Positions 1 through 13,685 of a DNA stretch of 64,000 nucleotides are shown here, in pieces. Source of the DNA: Octopus vulgaris (Eukaryota); NCBI GenBank assembly GCA_951406725.2, contig OX597819.1, forward strand, positions 80,848,001 through 80,912,000, in the 5' to 3' direction. Both the position numbers and the translations under genes were made by a program. The notes under the pieces were generated by a model that did no database searches, had not been told where the DNA came from, and worked only from the letters and a program-made list of their open reading frames with translations. The first letter of the stretch is position 1; every line of letters starts with the position of its first letter.

Positions 1-7
1 AAAAAAT

Positions 8-322
<315 letters not shown>

Positions 323-443
323 AGAAAATAGCAAAAAGTGAAAAAACTACAGAAGGCTTGTTTTAAAAGGTTAAAAAATATATATTTGAGTCAATATGTC
401 TGAAGAATGTTATCAATTTTTTTCTTACAATGACATAGTTTAG

Positions 444-483
444 AAGAAATGACCGGCTTCGCGTTCAGCTTCTCAAATTTCTT
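444..483 (-). ncRNA. Minimal type I hammerhead ribozyme motif (inverted pLTR copy; GAAG core mutation)
   Basis: Minus strand: aagaaat-UUGAGAA-gc ugaac gc-GAAG-ccgg-UC-auuucuu; 7-bp stem I. Confidence 0.65.
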
Positions 484-507
484 GCATCGTTATGTTTATG
501 TTGAGAA

Positions 508-2405
508 TTAAAACCCATGAAAAGGAACTAACAACCAAAGAGATTGACTTTCTAACAAACTTTAAATGCAAACCTAGCCTCTTCTATGGTCTACCAAAAA
601 TTCATAAAAGCCAAATTATAAATGAAACCATTAAAAAATCACCAAAGACATACATACACACACCTAACCCGGGGAACCTAAAACTACGACCCATTGTAGC
701 TGGCCCAACCTGTGAAACATACAGACTAAGTCTATTTATGGACATCCTCCTGAAACCCTTCCTTAAACATATCGATAGCCATATCAGAGATGACTTATAT
801 ATGTTAAACCACCTCCCAAAAAAAAGCCAAGGAAGAAACAATCCTGGTTTCATTTGATGTAGTTAACTTGTATACCAGTATACCTCATAATTATGGACTA
901 GAGGCAATACAGTTCTGGCTGGACCAATTTCCGGAAGAAATACCAAAAAGGATCAGTAAAGAATTCATTACTAAATCAATTGAATTCATCCTACATAATA
1001 ACCACTTCATGTTTGACAATACATTTTACCGTCAAAAATCCGGAATTGCTATGGGTACAAGGGCAGCACCAGTCATTGCGAATCTAACAATGGGCTACCT
1101 GGAAATAATCATTTACCAGGAATCTTTATCAATCTTTGGAACCCCCTCTCTCAATACATAAAAGAGAATTGGAAACGATTCCTGGACGATTGTTTTATAC
1201 TCTGGAATGAAAACACAGATAAACTCCTACAATTTAAAAACCTATTGAACAGCATAAACCCAAATATACAGTTCACAATGGAATACAACCAAAAGGAGCT
1301 CCCATTCTTGGATATACTAATTAAAAAAATTAACCTTAAAATAGAAACAGACATTTTTTACAAAGCCACAGACGCCAAACAATACCTTCTTTTTAATTCA
1401 TGCCACCCAAGACACACTAAAACAAACATCCCCTTCAACCTTGCAAGAAGGATATGCACAATAGTGTCAGAACAAAATACCAGGAACTTTAGACTGCAAG
1501 AACTCAAAAACACCCTAATTGACAGACATTACCCAGCTCAACTCATAGAGGATGGGATCAGACGTGCAACAGAAATCAACATAGAAACTTTAAGAAAAGT
1601 TCAACACAACAACACACCTTCCCCGAAAATACTACCTTACATATCCACATACAACCCCAGAAACAAAGAAGCCTTCACTATTATCACCCAGAATTTACCA
1701 ATACTTCATAAGGACCCCAAATTAAAGGAAATTCTAAACATACACCAAATCATTAAAAGCTACAAACAACCTAAATCACTTAAAAAGATTCTCACAAAGG
1801 CAAAATTGTTTTCTGAAATTACGGATGCAAAAGTAAAAAAATGTGGTAGATCGAACTGGGCAACATGTCCAAACCTGCTAGAAGGATCAGAATTCCTCTT
1901 CAAAGAGGGACAGAAATTCAAGATCAAATCTAACTTTACTTGTGCTTCTGAAAACATAATTTATGTCATAAAATGCTCGGGCTGCCACCAAGACTACGTG
2001 GGTTCCACGGGACTATCACTCAGACGTAGATGCACACTGCATCGACAACAGATTGCATTCCCAGAATACAGAATGATACCCTTTAGTGAGCACATTGAGA
2101 AATGCGCAAAGCAACTACTACCACAATTTTTAATCTTTCCATTTTACCAATGTGCTATCGGAACACCAACACAAATTAGACTAAACAAGGAAACATTCTT
2201 CATTGAAAATTACAAGCCCAGACTTAACCATTCCAACATACTTATACAGAGAAATTCACTCCAAAGGAAAGACAAAAAATTTAAAGCAATTATCTCCCTT
2301 ACACCGGAAGAAATCACTTATTACCTCCATTTATTTGGAACTCTTCTCAACATAAACATAATGATAACTCTTCTCAACATAAACATATCGATGCAAAAAA
2401 TTTGA
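508..2405 (+). pseudogene. PLE reverse transcriptase-GIY-YIG endonuclease ORF, frameshifted (~830, ~1150)
   Basis: Three consecutive ORFs in different frames form one continuous RT-EN protein. Confidence 0.9.
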
Positions 2406-2434
2406 GAAGCTGAACGCGAAACCGGTCATTTCTT
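2395..2434 (+). ncRNA. Minimal type I hammerhead ribozyme motif (U3-A8 core variant) in PLE pLTR
   Basis: aaaaaat-UUGAGAA-gc ugaac gc-GAAA-ccgg-UC-auuucuu; palindromic stem III ACCGGU. Confidence 0.75.
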
Positions 2435-2595
2435 CTAAACTATGTCATTGTAAGAAAAAAATTGATAACATTCTTCAGACATATTGACTCAAATATATAT
2501 TTTTAACCTTTTAAAACAAGCTTTCTGTAGTTTTTTCACTTTTTACTATTTTCTATATATTCAACCACGTGCTTTCACAAACCAACTTTCTCATC

Positions 2596-2671
<76 letters not shown>

Positions 2672-2692
2672 CATATATATATATATATACAA

Positions 2693-2740
<48 letters not shown>

Positions 2741-2813
2741 ATACAATATGTTAAATTTCCTCTATTTACATAATATTGAGGTCTCTTTCTTTCTTTTGTT
2801 ATCTTACCGTTTT

Positions 2814-2858
<45 letters not shown>

Positions 2859-2881
2859 CTATATACGTGTATATATATATG

Positions 2882-2912
<31 letters not shown>

Positions 2913-2945
2913 GTATATATATATATGTATATATATATATGTGTG

Positions 2946-2979
<34 letters not shown>

Positions 2980-2998
2980 GGTGATAAATAAAAATATA

Positions 2999-3051
<53 letters not shown>

Positions 3052-3053
<2 letters not shown>

Positions 3054-3669
3054 CTGCTACTGTTCCTCATTGAGAGGTCACAACTCCGGTACTACGGACA
3101 TGTGGTTAGAATGTCGCAAGAAAGAATCGCAAGACGAATTCTTCAAATTGAGCCAACCGGTTGGAAATTTAGGAGTAGACCCAGAACGGCTGTACCAAAG
3201 CGTCTCATACTCAGGAAGCGCTAGTTAATGTTGGCAGCTGTCGTGAAAGCATATGACTGTTGAATCGGATGATAAAAGTTGCTTTAAAAGGCCGAAAAGG
3301 CTGACTGTTTCCTTTCTTTGTGCTCATCAAAACATATCACACAGTCTTTCGTAAGTTGTCTGTCCGAGTGTTTAAACAATTGGGCTATTTAAATAAAGAA
3401 TGAGAGTACGTAAATAACACATTAAATGCGAGACAAAAACCAAATATATTTGGCTTCACACCAATTTTGATCTTGCAGAATATATTGTCATTTTATTGAC
3501 AAAATAGGTCCGTTTTGCAACCATGTAGCTTCAGGTTCCATCCCACTGCGTGGCACCTTGAACAAGAGTCTTATATTATGGCTCCGGACCTACCTGTACC
3601 TTGTAAGTAAATTTGGTTGACGGAAATTGTGTGGAAGCCCGCTGTATATATATGTATGTGTATATATAC

Positions 3670-3731
<62 letters not shown>

Positions 3732-3940
3732 ATATATGTATATATATATATGTATATGTATATATATATATGTATATATATGTATATATACATATATGTA
3801 TATATATATGTATATATATATGTATATGTATATGTATATGTATATATATATGTATATATACATATATGTATATATATATATGTATATATATATGTATATA
3901 TATATGTATATATATATGTATATATATATATATGTATATA

Positions 3941-3998
<58 letters not shown>

Positions 3999-4127
3999 CA
4001 TATATATACATATATATATACATATATATATATATACATATATATATACATATATATACATATATGTATATATACATATATATATATATACATATATATA
4101 TACATATATATATACATATATATATAC

Positions 4128-4185
<58 letters not shown>

Positions 4186-4807
4186 GTATATATATATACA
4201 CATACATATATATACAGCGGGCTTCCACACAATTTCCGTCAACCAAATTTACTTACAAGGTACAGGTAGGTCCGGAGCCATAATATAAGACTCTTGTTCA
4301 AGGTGCCACGCAGTGGGATGGAACCTGAAGCTACATGGTTGCAAAACGGACCTATTTTGTAAATAAAATGACAATATATTCTGCAAGATCAAAATTGGTG
4401 TGAAGCCAAATATATTTGGTTTTTGTCTCGCATTTAATGTGTTATTTACGTACTCTCGTTCTTTATTTAAATAGCCCAATTGTTTAAACACTCGGACAGA
4501 CGACTTACGAAAGACTGAGTTATATGTTTTGATGAGCACAAAGAAAGGAAACAGTCAGGCTTTTCGGCCTTTTAAAGCAACTTTTACGATCTGATTCAAC
4601 AGTCATATGCTTTCACGACAGCTGCCAACTTTAACTAGCGCTTCCTGAGTATGAGACGCTTTGGTACAGCCGTTCTGGGTCTACTCCTAAATTTCCAACC
4701 GGTTGGCTTAATTTGAAGAATTCGTCTTGCGATTCTTTCTTGCGACATTCTAACCGCATGTCCGTAGTACCGGAGTTGTGACCTCTCAATGAGGAACAGT
4801 AGCAGTT
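3052..4807. repeat. Large inverted repeat (arms ~3052-3660 and ~4200-4807) around a TA/TATG/TACA microsatellite
   Basis: The arms are reverse complements with scattered mismatches, and each holds an RTE 3' fragment and a SINE fragment. Confidence 0.95.
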
Positions 4808-4844
4808 GGAGCTGGAAAGACTCGCGGATCTTTGAATTATACAC
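4635..4844 (-). mobile_element. RTE-clade LINE 3' fragment (inverted copy at ~3052-3230)
   Basis: [25 protein letters not shown]...RSRPR matches the RTE C-terminal motif. Confidence 0.75.
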
Positions 4845-5754
4845 CTTGTCTAATAATATTACTTACTCCAGAGATCTTTTCGCCGCTTACATTCGCATGT
4901 ATATTATTTAATTTAAATTCTGGTGTTGTCTTCCTACTCCTTCTTGACCAGAATTAGACTGTTTCTTTTACTTGCTTCAGTCATTGGACTGTGGCCATAC
5001 TGGGACACTGCCTTTGAGGGTATAATCGAACAAATTGACCACAGTACTTATATTTTTAAATCTGATATTTATTCTGTCGATTAGACCCTTAAAGATGTTT
5101 CTCATCCTCAGAGTGTAATTTTAATTATATTTTCTTAGATTTTTTTTTGCATCAGTTGCATTAGTGCCCACTTCACTATTAATGTTCATACAGTAAGCAT
5201 ACAAGAGTATTTTCACCTCAATAATTCTTTTCTGTGGAGTATAGTGTTACAATAGCTTCCTCCATATATCCTTTGGCTGCTCATCTCAGGTTAATAAATG
5301 CTAAATGTGTCGAGATATAAATGAGGCGGTCTGTATTTTAACGCTCAATATCAGGTGATGCTGTCAAGGGCGTCAGCAGTCTTTTAACACGACTTAACCC
5401 ATATAATGATGTTGTTTTTTTTTGGAAACAGTGAGTAATTAAAGCTTGTGCTTCTTGGGATGGTCTTCGAGGGTGTTCCAAAGACAAGTAAAGTCAGCAA
5501 CGACGGCAATGATTTGTTGATTCAAATTAACAAATACTAGTACAAAGATACTTCTCTTTCATTTTTTTATATTTCTTTTTTTCACTTGGAAGTGGTGGAG
5601 TAGCAAGAGCTTATGTCATTCAGAGCGGTTCCCAAGTCTGCCTTTGAACAAGAAATAAAAAGGCAACATAATACCCGTGAAAGTGTCGCATACGCAACAG
5701 CTGTTGCTTCGAAGCAGCCCACTCCCTCTACTATTTAGATTACGTTATACTTAT

Positions 5755-5892
<138 letters not shown>

Positions 5893-5941
5893 ATATGTAT
5901 GTATATATATATATGTATGTATATATGTATATATATATATG

Positions 5942-6006
<65 letters not shown>

Positions 6007-6011
6007 GTATA

Positions 6012-6052
<41 letters not shown>

Positions 6053-6149
6053 GTATATATATAAATAAATATATATATATATAAATAAATATATATATAT
6101 ATAAATAAATATATATATATAAATAAATATATATATATATAAATAATAT

Positions 6150-6181
<32 letters not shown>

Positions 6182-6196
6182 GTATATATATGTATA

Positions 6197-6242
<46 letters not shown>

Positions 6243-6262
6243 TATATATAAATATATATATA

Positions 6263-7041
6263 TTGACCTGGGTATTCACATGAGTGATGACGCGACCTTT
6301 CATGTACATGTTGCTAAACTGGCAATGAAATGTAGACGGCTGGCTGGCTGGATTCTTAGAACCTTTAGAACAAGAGAACAAGAAACCATGATGGTCCTCT
6401 GGAAGACACTTGTCCTAAGCCACTTTGACTATTGCTCTCAGCTATGGTCACCATCCAGTGTCAAGTTGATCACAGAACTTGAGGCGATCCAACGAAGCTA
6501 CACGAAGAAGATAGCCTCTGTGAAGCATATGAGCTACTGGGAAAGACTCAAGAGATTAAAGCTCTATTCCCTGGAGCGTAGGCGAGAAAGATATGTCATA
6601 GTATATATCTGGAAGATCCTGGAAGAACTTGTCCCAAACTTTGGCATCGAGAGTCACACAAATGCCAGAACCGGGCACCACTGCGTAGTACCAAGGACTC
6701 CAAATTTGCCATCAAGATGTAGGACAAGATATTGTGATAGCCTGGGCTTCAGAGGTCCACAGCTCTTCAATATCCTCCCGAAGAACCTGAGGGACCTGCA
6801 TGGTGTAGATGCGGATGTCTTTAAAGTAGGACTGGATCGCTTCCTGTCAGGTGTCCCGGATGAACCAACTTCACGGCAGGAGGTGCAGATGAGGGCAGCT
6901 GCATCGAACTCTCTCATCCATCAGATGGCGTTTGCTAAAAAGCATCCGTGAGGTAAAATCGTGTAGCAAACCTAATGGCGGTGCCCCAGCATGGCCACAG
7001 CTCATTAGCTGAAACTGGAAAAATCAAAAATCAAAATCAAA

Positions 7042-7045
<4 letters not shown>
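6263..7045 (+). mobile_element. CR1-group LINE 3' fragment with (AAAATC)n tail
   Basis: [39 protein letters not shown]; near-identical to 10501-11230. Confidence 0.9.
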
Positions 7046-7116
<71 letters not shown>

Positions 7117-7134
7117 GTATATATGCATATATAT

Positions 7135-7320
7135 AGTTAATCCAACCAAGAAAGCACAAAAAAACACAACAACGCGAGGACGTGGAACAAATATAGTATT
7201 ATTGGACGCTCAGGAAAGAAGGAAAGAAGGAGGGTTTAACGTTTCAAGCAGAGCTCTTCATCGGAAACATAGGAGAAGGAAAGATCCAGAGAAGGGAAGA
7301 CAGAGAAAAAAAATCGCCAT
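7135..7320 (-). mobile_element. Short non-coding HHR-bearing element inserted in a TA microsatellite (pLTR-like)
   Basis: Bounded by TA tracts; contains the motif at 7234-7268; similar to 34777-34960. Confidence 0.65.
7234..7268 (-). ncRNA. Minimal hammerhead-like motif (CCGAUGA core)
   Basis: guuu-CCGAUGA-a-gagc ucu gcuu-GAAA-cg-UU-aaac. Confidence 0.6.
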
Positions 7321-7735
7321 GTATATATATATGTATATATGTATGTATATATGTATATATATGTGTGTATATGTATGTATATATATATATATGTGTATAT
7401 GTATATATATATATATGTGCTTGTATATATATAGATATATGTATATATATGTGTATATATATAGATATATGCATATATATGTGTATATATATATACATAT
7501 ATGTATGTGTATATATATATATACATATATGTATGCATGTATTTACATATGTATGTATACATATATATATACATACATATGTATGGATGTATATATATAT
7601 ATGTATATATATATGTATGTATATATATATGTATATGTATATATGTATATATATGTATATGTATATATGTATATATATATGTATGTATATATATATGTAT
7701 ATGTATGTATATATATATATGTATATATATGTACA

Positions 7736-8150
7736 TTAAAAGGCTTCCAGAAGAAGAAGTGAGTACTAGATACACAAAAGTTGGATAAATTTAGTGAAAT
7801 GAAAATTAAAAACCTTTACAAACTCGGTTCATCTTATACTGCAGTTTCGTCTTTTTCAGCATTAAATATAATTTATTGCTCAGGCAGATTCATCAGTAAG
7901 ACACCTGTTATTCAAGAGTCGCATATCAATAGAAGCATGTGCGTCTCTACTAATTTGCTATCTCTAATTTTTCAGATCATTGCGCAGACGCAGAACGTAC
8001 CCGACAAACAAAGGGGGTTCTGGTATATTGTCTAACGGCCAAAATTTATCGAGAAATACGTAAACATAGTCAAAATGCGATAAAATAAATTATTATGTCT
8101 TTTGTGCTAGATCACCGGCGATAATAATTTATTTTGACTATGTTTACGTA
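7736..8150 (-). mobile_element. Short non-coding HHR element in a TA microsatellite with a terminal hairpin (8057-8150)
   Basis: TA-tract boundaries; tacgtaaacatagtcaaaat.../...attttgactatgtttacgta inverted terminus. Confidence 0.7.
7831..7902 (-). ncRNA. Type I hammerhead ribozyme motif
   Basis: gucuua-CUGAUGA-aucu[insert]agac-GAAA-cugcag-UA-uaagau; palindromic stem III ACUGCAGU. Confidence 0.8.
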
Positions 8151-8400
8151 TATGTATATATATGTATATATATATATATATGTATATATATATGTATGTA
8201 TATATATATGTATGTATATATATATGTATGTATATATATATGTATATATATATATATATGTATGTATATATATATGTATATATATGTATGTATATATATA
8301 TGTATGTATATATGTATGTATATATATATATGTATGTATATATATATGTATATATATATATGTATGCATGTATGTATATATATATATATATTTATATATC

Positions 8401-11265
8401 ACAGTATGTTGTACTACGAACCGACAGAAAAGAAAGGAGTCATGGAGGAGTTGCTATGTACATCCGCGAGGACCTCGCACCCAGGTCCTTTTGTCATACT
8501 CAAATTCGGTGTGTGACACTAATTGTACATATAAGGCAACTTGGTGTAGTTATATGTGCTACATATCATCCTCCAGATGCTCCAAGCAATGTAGGCAAGT
8601 TTGAAGACTGCCTTATAAAAATAGAAGAAGTTCTAGTCACATTAGAACAACACATAAGTGTACTTCTTATGTGTACTTCAATCTACCCAATATCAGATGG
8701 CCCGAGGGCCTTTCTCTCCCAGGAATGACACGATGCGAACGAGGACAGGCGAGGTCCCTCCTGAACCCCATCAACACTCTGTACATGGAGCAAATAATAC
8801 TCCAACCAACCAGGGCAGGTAACATACTGGATCTCTGCTTCACAAATAATATGGATCTCATCCATAATGTGAAAGTGACACCGACACTACTCTCGGATCA
8901 CAACATGATAGAGCTGACCATGTACGGGCCAAAGGAAAGCATGGACATGCAGCCTACAAGAAACACTCGGAATCTTTCCAGCTTGAACTTCCATAAGGCA
9001 AACTGGAAACAAATTGAGAAAGAGATCCTCAAACAAAACTGGCCTGAATGTCTCTCTTCGCCAGACATCGACATGAAACTTCAACAATTCATGTCTGTAA
9101 TGCAAGCCATATGCTACAAATGTGTCCCAGAGAGAAAGGCCAATGTACACAAGAACAAAATCCCCAGAGAGAGGAATATTCTAATGAGACGGCGTACAAA
9201 AGTTTCAAATCGCCTAAACAAACAAATTGAAAGCAGTGAAAAGTCTCGCCTGAAAATGAAACTGTTGGAAATTAAAAAATGTCTGCAACTCTCCCATGAA
9301 AAAGAAAGAGCAGACAAAGAAGCCTGGGCTATAGACAACAAAAAATCTAACCCCAGAGCTTTCTACAGGTATGCCAAAAAAACAGCTACGGTGCACTGTA
9401 GGATAGGGCCACTCCTTGAAAAGGATGGCACACTCACAGGAAATCCAATGAGGATAAGTGAAATACTAAATGAGCAATTCAAGTGTATTTTCACTCCACC
9501 CCTAGGGCATTTTCAAGTCAGCAATCCAACTGACTTCTTTACCACTGCAGATATAAAATCGGAGGCAGCAATGATTGATTACATCAATATAAAGGAAGAC
9601 GATGTAATAAAGGCTATAGATGAAATGAAAACAAACTCAGCTACTGGCCCCGATGGATTCCCAGTAATCCTTCTAAAAGTATGTAAGAGAGTCCTAGCAA
9701 GACCACTGCAGTTCCTCTTTCAGAGCTTCCTTGCAACTGGCAAATTTCCAAGAAAACTGAAGGAAGGTAAAATATGCCCTATTCATAAAGGAGGTAGCAG
9801 AGCGGATGCCAAGAACTACAGACCTATCTCTCTGACCTCAAACATCAGCAAGGTCATGGGACGAATAGTCAGAAGGAAACTAATCACCTTCCTTGAAGAA
9901 AATGACTTGCTGCCTGACACCCAACATGTTTTCCGACCAGGAAGAAGCTGCTTAACTCAGCTCCTACAACACTATGACTGGGTGCTGAAACGACTCCTCA
10001 ACCACTCAAATGTGGAAGTCATATATCTCGACTTTACAAAGGCCTTTGATAAAGTCGATCATTGAATGATATGTCACAAACTGCGTGATCTTGGCATAGT
10101 TGGAAAATTGGGAGAATGTCTTCATGACTTTCTGAAGGATAGAAGTCAGGTGGTAGTAGCCATTAACACGCAAATAGTGAGCGGTGTTTCGCAAGGCACT
10201 GTTTTGGGACTACTACTGTTCATAATGGCCCTCTCAGACATGCCCTCAGCCACGCAGAGAGCCACGATCACAAGTTATGCAGATGATGCAAAAGTTTCAC
10301 AGGCAATACAGAACCCCGAAGACACTAAGCACCTGCAATGTGAGCTGGACAAAATATACAAGTGGGCTGAAAAGAATAGCATGCAGTTCAATGCTGAAAA
10401 GTTTCAAGCTTTATGCTATCAGCATGCAAAACTAAATGCAATGCCCAATAGATACACTGGACCTGTAGGGATTGCAATCCCAGAGGCACAATCAGTGCGA
10501 GACCTGGGTATTTACATGAGTGATGATGCAACCTTTCATGTGCATGTTGCTAAATTGGCAATGAAATGTAGGCGGCTGACCGGATGGATTCTTGGAAACC
10601 ATGATGGTCCTCTGGAGGACACTTGTCCTAAGCCACTTTGACTTTTGCTCTCAGCTATGGTCACCATCTAGTGTGAAGTTAATCACAGAACTTGAGGCGA
10701 TCCAACGAAGCTACACGAAGAAGATAGCCTCTGTGCAGAATATAAGCTACTGGGAAAGACTCAAGAGATTAAGACTATATTCCTTTGGTCGTAGGCGAGA
10801 AAGATATGCCATAATATACATCTGGAAGATCCTAGAAGGACTTGTCCCAAACTTTGGCATCGAGAGTTATACAAATGCTAGAACTTGGCGCCACCGCATA
10901 GTGCCAAGGACTCCAAATTTGCCATCAAGATGTAGGACAAGATACTGTGATAGCCTGGGCTTCAGAGGCCCACAGCTCTTCAATATCCTCCCGAAGAACC
11001 TGAGAGACCTACATGGGGTCGATGCAGATGTCTTTAAAATAAAACTGAATCTCTTCATGTTAGGTGTCCCAGATGAACCAACTTCACGGCAGGAGGTGCA
11101 GATGAGGGCAGCTGCATCGAACTCTCTCATGCACCAAATGGCAATTGCTAAAAGGCATTCGTGAAGTAAAATCATGTAGCAACACCAAATGGCTGTGCCC
11201 CAGCATGGCCACAGCTCGTGAGCTGAAGCTAGATAATATAAAATAAAATAAAAATAAATTAAAAA
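8401..11265 (+). mobile_element. CR1-group LINE, 5'-truncated ORF2 (APE + RT), disrupted
   Basis: RTDR..GGVAMY, PTRAGNILDL, SDHNMI, NYRPISLTS, YLDFTKAFDKVDH, GVSQG, YADD; frameshifts, a stop at 10063-10065, and an A-rich tail. Confidence 0.93.
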
Positions 11266-11315
11266 AAATTATGTGTATATGTATGTATATATATGCATAT
11301 ATATATATATATTTC

Positions 11316-11371
<56 letters not shown>

Positions 11372-11377
11372 ATACTT

Positions 11378-11735
11378 TTACTCTTTACTCTTTTACTTGT
11401 TTCAGTCATTTGACTGCGGCCATGCTGGAGCACCACCTTTTAGTACTTATTCTATCGGTCTCTTTTTTTTGCCGAACCGCTAAGTGACGGGGACATAAAC
11501 ACACCAGCATCGGTTGTCAAGCAATGCTAGGGGGACAAACACAGACACACAAACACACATATACATATATACGACAGGCTTCTTTCAGTTTCCGTCTACC
11601 AAATCCACTCACAAGGCATTGGTCGGCCCGGGGCTATAGCAGAAGACACTTGCCCAAGATGCCACGCAGTGGGACTGAACCCGCAACCGTGTGGTTGGTT
11701 AGCAAGCTACTTACCACACAGCCACTCCTGCGCCT
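11378..11735 (-). mobile_element. tRNA-derived SINE family A (CORE-like gtggcaccttgggcaagtg; tail shared with the CR1-group LINE)
   Basis: Matches 49661-50055 in reverse orientation. Confidence 0.88.
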
Positions 11736-11834
11736 ATATATATATATATGTAGGTCCCGGGTTGAGTCGGGGTTAACCACAGTAAATAAGGTACTCAATA
11801 CATAGCAGAGTAAATTAATTTATTTTATAGAAGG

Positions 11835-11885
11835 AGCTTCTACAGGACTAGAACTGTTTCATTCAAAAGAAATCATCAGGAAGCT
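11835..11885 (-). ncRNA. Type I hammerhead ribozyme motif (palindrome partner)
   Basis: Exact reverse complement of 11886-11936. Confidence 0.82.
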
Positions 11886-11936
11886 AGCTTCCTGATGATT
11901 TCTTTTGAATGAAACAGTTCTAGTCCTGTAGAAGCT
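11886..11936 (+). ncRNA. Type I hammerhead ribozyme motif
   Basis: agcuuc-CUGAUGA-uuuc uuuu gaau-GAAA-cag uucuaguc cug-UA-gaagcu. Confidence 0.82.
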
Positions 11937-11955
11937 CCTTCTATAAAATAAAATA

Positions 11956-12029
<74 letters not shown>

Positions 12030-12048
12030 ATGTATATGTATATATACA

Positions 12049-12500
12049 CAGGGTGTCCCAAAAATGTATACACATTTTAAATAATTGTAAAGAAAGTATA
12101 TGTTATTAAAATACATTTCATTTTCAAAATTTTATATTATTGTGTTGTCAGTGCCTGTTTTCAAACTGACGTCCGTTCTGGTCCAGGCACTGATGACAAT
12201 GCAAAGCAGTGGAGTCGCAAACATCACGAAACAGTTCGTTTGGTATTTGTGTGTGCTCTCGTTCAATGACTACTGTCAAATCAGCGACTGTTGCAGGTTT
12301 CATTGCGTAAACTTTGTCATTGGGTATGCTCATAAAGAAATAGTGTAGTTGTGTGAGCTCTGGTGAACACGGAGGATATTCAAAGAAACCTCCTCGTCCA
12401 ATGCACCTATTTGACAAGAACTCATCAAGGAAGGAACTAACATCACGATGGTAGTGTGGGGTTCCACATCTTGCTGAAAATTTATATTTGGGATACCCTG
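12049..12500 (-). mobile_element. Internally deleted Tc1/mariner element
   Basis: TIRs cagggtgtcccaaa/tttgggataccctg; transposase C-terminal remnant IGRGG..YPPCSPELT..DKVY..KP. Confidence 0.85.
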
Positions 12501-12523
12501 TATATATATGTATGTCGATCTCT

Positions 12524-12620
<97 letters not shown>

Positions 12621-12659
12621 TATGATGTATATATGCATGCATATGTATGTATGTGTATA

Positions 12660-13063
12660 CTCTTTTTACTCGTTTCAGTCATTTGACTGTGGCCATGCTG
12701 GAGCGCCGCCTTTAGTCGAGCAAATCGACCCCAGGACTTATTCTTTTTAAGCCTAGTAGTTATTCTATCGTTCTCTTTTGCCGAACTGCTAAGTTACGGG
12801 GACCTAAACACACCAGCATCGGTTGTCAAGCGATGGTAGGGGGACAAACACAGACACACAAACATACACACAGACACATATATATACGTGTGCATATATA
12901 CGACGGGCTTCTTTCAGTTTCCGTCTACTAAATCCACTCATAAGGCTTTGGTTGACCCAAAGCTATAGTAGAAGACACTTGCCCAAGGTGGAACGCAGTG
13001 GGACTGAACCCGGAACCATCTGTTTAGTGAGCAAGCTATTTACCACACAGCCACTCCTACGCC

Positions 13064-13065
<2 letters not shown>
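12660..13065 (-). mobile_element. SINE family A
   Basis: Similarity to the other family A copies. Confidence 0.88.
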
Positions 13066-13110
<45 letters not shown>

Positions 13111-13392
13111 ACAATCAAGGAACGGCCATAATAGGCCATTCACCCACTAGAAATAACAGCCAAAGCTTCAACCGCAAATAAAAATTAATTCCGTAAACCA
13201 GGAGAAAATTTCTCAGATCGTACAACAGAATAGCCTCCACTGCAGCAACGATGAGAGGGATCTTCAGGTATTTACGAAGGCCTGCTTTCTATACAGATCT
13301 CAAACTGTGTCATGCCACCCAGGTTTTACTCCTCCTCTCAACTATATCACCTTCTGTATTCCCAGTGTATATATATAATACACACACACATT

Positions 13393-13422
<30 letters not shown>

Positions 13423-13423
<1 letters not shown>

Positions 13424-13685
13424 TGACCTTCGAAAAGTGGAATAGATGAAACAAAAGCGATTGAAGAAGGGGAATTTTCCTTGTTTTGTATGTCCTGTAC
13501 TCTATTTTTTCGTTGTTTAAGAAAAATGTCCATTTCCTTGGTTTTGTGTATATGTTTTCGTTTCTCATTGTGCTCGTTTTTTTTTTTTTTGGTGTCCTAT
13601 ACCCATATATGCATGTATATATACATGTAGAGGTAGGTAGGTATATATATGTATGTATATATGCATATGTTTTATTTATTTATTA

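Larger units (their letters stand above)
11819..11952. repeat. Perfect 134-bp palindrome
   Basis: Centre aagct|agctt at 11885/11886; arms compared by eye. Confidence 0.95.
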
